From Eubacteriales bacterium (lineage in GTDB: Bacteria; Bacillota; Clostridia; Oscillospirales; CAG-272): a stretch of DNA of 64,000 nt. Below are positions 63,118-64,000 of the stretch, in pieces. The notes beneath the pieces were generated by a model. That model ran no database searches. It was not told the DNA's origin and worked only from the letters and a program-made list of their open reading frames with translations. Numbering within the stretch: position 1 is the first letter of the stretch; each line of letters opens with the position of its first letter. A program made the translations under genes and the position numbers. The stretch lies in the NCBI GenBank assembly GCA_045659405.1, contig JAZOWX010000065.1, positions 9,574 to 73,573 on the forward strand. The letters are read 5' to 3'.

Positions 63118-63421
63118 ATTGTAATCTCTCCTTTCAAACGCAATTCATCTCTATCCGTGGTTGTAAGAGCGTCGGTTGCCACGGCTAAATGAGTATCCAA
63201 AGAGAATTTTCATTCGGTATAGAGGCTCATTTTTCGGTGTGGCTTCCGCCCTTACTTGCCGTCTTTTTTCTCGGCTACAAAGAAATAAAACGGCATATTG
63301 CGATTGGCGTAGCCTGCCGTTCGCATCTCGATTATACATCAAAAAATTCGCCGAGTAAGTATAGTTATATTCCAAACTTCAAGCGCTTTTAACAGCGCAT
63401 TTTGTGCAAAATAGACAAACA

Positions 63422-63442
63422 CCCCGCCCGAAAAGGGCGGGG
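63422..63442 (-). terminator. GC-rich hairpin between the XRE gene and terS
   Basis: CCCCGCCC-gaaaa-GGGCGGGG, followed by TGTTTGTCTATTT on the minus strand. Confidence 0.5.
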
Positions 63443-63518
63443 CAGGTCGCTTCCGACTTTATATATATAAAGCAGTAGCGACTGTCAGCGCTGTCTATGC
63501 AATCACACGGCTTTAATT

Positions 63519-63557
63519 ATAAAAAATACGAGGCACAGCTTTTTGCTGTGCCTCGTT
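63519..63557 (-). terminator. Intrinsic terminator after the XRE gene
   Basis: 12-bp stem ACGAGGCACAGC...GCTGTGCCTCGT followed by ATTTTTTAT on the minus strand. Confidence 0.85.
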
Positions 63558-63624
63558 TATCTTTTGTTTTTATTCTGTTTTTGAGGGTTGTGAGCGCTTC
63601 GGAAAAGCACCGCTGCGCAAGCCC

Positions 63625-63840
63625 TTAATCTTCTATATCCGTAAGCTTTGAAACCGTAGTGCCAAGAACCTCTGCAATTTTGAACAAGGTTTTTAGCGAA
63701 GGGCAGAAAAAGCAATTGGGCGCTTCAAGCTGCGAAACATAGCCGCAAGACAAATCGCACTCCTCTGCAAGCTCCTCCTGCGTCATCCCTTGTAGCTTTC
63801 TGTAATAAGCAATTTTTAAGCCTATTTTAATCAAATTCAT
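63625..63840 (-). CDS. XRE-family helix-turn-helix transcriptional regulator
   Basis: HTH_3 signature LKIAYYRKLQGMTQEELAEECDLSCGYVSQLE. The start is at MNLIK (63840) or MIDSQ (63861). Confidence 0.85.
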   Translation of the reverse strand: MNLIKIGLKIAYYRKLQGMTQEELAEECDLSCGYVSQLEAPNCFFCPSLKTLFKIAEVLGTTVSKLTDIED

Positions 63841-64000
63841 TTTATATTGGCTATCTATCATTATGACCTCGCTGCAATTATATAATATTCGAAGCAAACT
63901 CGATATCCTAGTATTTGACAAAAACATTTTACCTTATTTACTTTTTAATTGTTATATGGTAAAATATAATAAACCTTATAAATTACATAAGGTTTGCTTC

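Larger units (their letters stand above)
48439..63927 (-). mobile_element. Prophage-like block: XRE regulator plus a 17-gene structural operon (short-tailed phage-like); right boundary not visible
   Basis: Order is terS-terL-portal-scaffold-capsid and then tail-like genes. Many junctions overlap (ATGA, GTGA, TGATG, ATGACTAA). There are no housekeeping genes inside. Confidence 0.8.

Overview
The window looks like chromosome from a spore-forming Firmicute of class Clostridia. That is a guess from gene content (sigG, SleB-like hydrolase, Na+-decarboxylase beta subunit); no search was run and GC was not computed.

Positions 1 to about 48.4 kb are backbone, mostly on the minus strand. They carry greA-lysS, an S41 peptidase, a PucR-like regulator, ribF-prmA-rsmE, pheS-pheT, uvrC-rsmD-coaD, HPr, rimM-trmD, tRNA-Met, tRNA-Glu and tRNA-Thr, sigG and a DinG-like helicase. 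There are also two giant genes: a 1535-aa very acidic, membrane-anchored repeat protein and a 1401-aa secreted protein. Two genes look broken: a GH-like gene interrupted by an in-frame TAG, and an AAC(3)-like gene frameshifted at a T5 run.

Positions 48.4 to 63.9 kb are a translationally coupled phage-like structural operon on the minus strand, downstream of an XRE-type regulator. The order is terS, terL, portal, scaffold-like, capsid, two tail-tubular-like genes, a fibre-like gene and three membrane proteins. I see no tail tube, tape measure, endolysin or integrase in the window.

The most unusual non-genic signal is that four loci (lysS, a phosphoribosyltransferase gene, sigG and tRNA-Glu) are each followed by ghost copies of their own 3' terminus. 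These copies keep the stop codon, and their coding differences are mostly or entirely synonymous. This suggests repeated insertion or replacement at gene 3' ends.

Other items worth a second look:
- a 34-codon ORF with a near-consensus promoter and an RRE-type leader motif
- a 16-bp x8 tandem array upstream of uvrC
- a 162-bp tandem repeat behind tRNA-Thr
- structured non-coding gaps on both sides of the capsid gene

All functional calls come from motif recognition by eye.
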